Made by a program: the position numbers and the translations under genes. A DNA stretch of 64,000 bases from an uncultured Verrucomicrobiae bacterium (GTDB taxonomy: Bacteria; Verrucomicrobiota; Verrucomicrobiia; Palsa-1439): contig CAWFPN010000010.1 of assembly GCA_963817685.1 (NCBI GenBank), positions 2,852-66,851 on the forward strand. Direction: 5' to 3'. Below are positions 62,046 through 64,000 of the stretch, piece after piece. The notes beneath the pieces were generated by a model. It made no database searches and had not been told where the DNA came from. It saw nothing but the letters and a program-made list of their open reading frames with translations. The stretch's first letter is position 1; each line of letters starts with the position of its first letter.

Positions 62046-64000
62046 ATGAAAAGTTGTCAATCGCAGTTCCCCTCACGAACATCACGGTTTAGCGGACGGC
62101 TGGTTTGGTGTGCCGCGTTGATTGCCGCGGCAGTCATGTTACCTGTGCGCACCACGCACGCCTGGAGCGAAGTCAATATCCCGGGCGACTGGGACAGTTG
62201 GAACCAGGCCGACACTTCGCATCCCTGGTTGCTGAACAAGGTCACCGCTCCCGGCACTCCGAGCGGCGTTGATTGGTACACCAACATGGTGCACGTGGCT
62301 TCTTCCGGCGGCGACACGACCACCGGTACCCATCAGTTCAAAATCGTTGGCGACCAGAACTGGGCCAACCAGTGGGGCAACAACCCGGTGGTCCTCGACA
62401 ACACCACGTTGATGTCGTGGAACGGCAACAATGCCACCGGCACATTCAGCACAGCCGGCTACTACAATTTCCGCATCCTTAACCCACCTTCGAGCGCCAC
62501 CGCCACGGTCGCCGTCATGAGAACGGCTTCCCCGCCCGTAACGCTCCAAGTGACCAGCCAAACGCCGCAATCCCCGCAGACCAATAACGTCGTCACCATC
62601 GGCTTGACCCTGGGCGCCAGCCCGTCCGCGCAGGAGAACTTCTATGTGCGTTGGACGACCAACAACTGGGGCAGTTCCATCATCTGCGTGGCGACGGGAT
62701 CGGGCACGAGCTGGTCGGCGACCATTCCGGCAATGCCCAACGGCATCGAAGTCCAGTACTACGCCTTCAGTTCCACCGCCGCGACCAACGGCAACGTGCT
62801 GACCACCAGCACGGCGGACGCGCTGACGCTGAATCTCGACAGCAACGCGGGCAGCAACTACAGCTACTTCAGCTACACCATGCCCTGGCCCGGCGGCGCC
62901 GCGGCCGGTTACCCCAGCGACCCCGCCTCCAACATCCATCACTGGAAGGAAGAAGCCGTCGTCGGCAACGGGTTCATCAATGTGATGCTCGACCAAAATG
63001 GCTGTCTCTACGACATCTATTACCCCAGCGTCGGCGACCGGCACGGGGTCAGCACCTCCAATGAAGGCTATCGCGGGCCGGAACAGTTCCCCAATTGCCC
63101 CAGCCTCGACAACGAAGCCATGGGCCAGATGAATGCCATCGCCGGCATGTGCGGCATCGGCAACGACGTGGCCGGCACCAACACCATCTATTGGTTGCAG
63201 AACACGAGCGGCACCACCTACTCCAACGTCGGCCAGCAGTGGGACAGCGATTCGGTCAACGTCATCCTGACCACCAACACCCTGACGGCGGGCGGCAACA
63301 ACATCTCGCTCAAACAGTACGACTTCTGCCCCTCCACCAACGCCCTGCCGATCGTGACCGACGGCACCCGCACCAACTTCGGCGTCTACGTGAAGCGCTA
63401 CCTGATCATGAACAACGCGTCCAGCAGCAACACGGTTGACTTCTACTACGACGCCAACTTCAACATCAACGGCGGCAACACCAACGACGCCGAGTTCTGG
63501 GACACCGTGAGCAACAACGTGACCTACAACGCCATGGTCGCCTATGACAACACCGGCCGCACCGTTCCCGTGCAGAGCAGCGACTGCGATCCCAACGGCT
63601 ACACCACCGAGTACTCGCCCTCGTTCGCCTTCGGCTGGTCGAAACAAGCCTCCCTGTACTTCGGCGTGGCGATGAAACTGGTCACCAACTCCACCACCGG
63701 CGCGGGCAGCCCCGCCGACGGAAGCTGGCGCGATCACACCGCCACCGACAACCAGGAAGGCTGGATCGGCAAACGCCTTCAACTGGCCCCGAATTCGACC
63801 AACGAAGTCGACGTGATGGTCGTCGGTTCCTGGGATGACAGCGCGGGCCAGACCGGCACCTACCAGTACTGGAACCATCCGCAGATCGCCTGGTTCTACA
63901 CGAACAGCATGGCCACGGCCCAGGCCACCACGGAAACCTATTGGTCCAACTGGCTCAGCGCCGGCGTGACCATCAACTTCCCCGATAATAACTACAACAA
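62046..64000 (+). CDS. Secreted carbohydrate-active-like protein (N-terminal CBM-like modules; possible GH15/glucoamylase-type N-domain), 3' end beyond the window; absent from the ORF track
   Basis: Own translation from ATG 62046: MKSCQSQFPSRTSRFSGRLVWCAALIAAAVMLPVRTTHAW; NIPGDWDSWNQ...HQFKIVGDQNWANQWG; GNGFINVMLDQNGCLYDIYYPSVGDRHG. The frame is open to position 64000. The listed 579-aa ORF 62139..63878(-) is its antisense shadow. Confidence 0.6.
   Translation, partial: MKSCQSQFPSRTSRFSGRLVWCAALIAAAVMLPVRTTHAWSEVNIPGDWDSWNQADTSHPWLLNKVTAPGTPSGVDWYTNMVHVASSGGDTTTGTHQFKIVGDQNWANQWGNNPVVLDNTTLMSWNGNNATGTFSTAGYYNFRILNPPSSATATVAVMRTASPPVTLQVTSQTPQSPQTNNVVTIGLTLGASPSAQENFYVRWTTNNWGSSIICVATGSGTSWSATIPAMPNGIEVQYYAFSSTAATNGNVLTTSTADALTLNLDSNAGSNYSYFSYTMPWPGGAAAGYPSDPASNIHHWKEEAVVGNGFINVMLDQNGCLYDIYYPSVGDRHGVSTSNEGYRGPEQFPNCPSLDNEAMGQMNAIAGMCGIGNDVAGTNTIYWLQNTSGTTYSNVGQQWDSDSVNVILTTNTLTAGGNNISLKQYDFCPSTNALPIVTDGTRTNFGVYVKRYLIMNNASSSNTVDFYYDANFNINGGNTNDAEFWDTVSNNVTYNAMVAYDNTGRTVPVQSSDCDPNGYTTEYSPSFAFGWSKQASLYFGVAMKLVTNSTTGAGSPADGSWRDHTATDNQEGWIGKRLQLAPNSTNEVDVMVVGSWDDSAGQTGTYQYWNHPQIAWFYTNSMATAQATTETYWSNWLSAGVTINFPDNNYN

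Noticed and set aside
62139-63878. 579-aa minus-strand ORF, the longest listed ORF in this region
   Set aside because: Its composition is dominated by G/V/A/D/H/R runs, typical of the antisense frame of a high-GC gene. The plus strand carries a signal-peptide protein with ordinary domain-like sequence that is open to the window edge.

Overview
High-GC (roughly 60%) bacterial window. The gene vocabulary (NxxGxxAF repeats, choice-of-anchor-D Ig domains, RFYR-type beta-sandwiches, sigma-54 activator) suggests a Verrucomicrobiota/PVC-like organism; this is inference only. There are three parts. (1) 1-25.7 kb is chromosomal. It holds an edge-truncated PAS sensor, gmhB, a SirB1-like gene and an FHA gene, then a ~19.5 kb block in which every product carries a signal peptide. 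That block has a beta-propeller protein and a 1633-aa S8 subtilase on the minus strand. Divergent from them are a TPR-CHAT protease, two paralogous secreted proteins and DUF928. Convergent on those is a CARDB-TpsA-TpsB two-partner-secretion operon studded with hairpin repeats. The CHAT/DUF928/TPS module is my best candidate for an undescribed system. (2) 25.8-61.8 kb is a ~36 kb integrative mobilisable element in tRNA-Thr(UGU), bounded by a 40-bp direct repeat equal to the 5' 40 nt of the tRNA. Its integrase, excisionase-like HTH, MobF relaxase and AbiEi/AbiEii pair are intact. Its cargo (pfk, NtrC-type regulator, hybrid kinase, RND pump and OMF, phosphoketolase, glgX) carries at least 10 frame disruptions, and there are two 5' gene remnants (pfk, glgP). 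(3) 61.8-64 kb is the right flank, with the start of a secreted carbohydrate-active-like protein that runs off the window. The supplied ORF track omits both edge-truncated genes and contains many antisense shadow ORFs. All family assignments come from motif recognition by eye; no searches were run.
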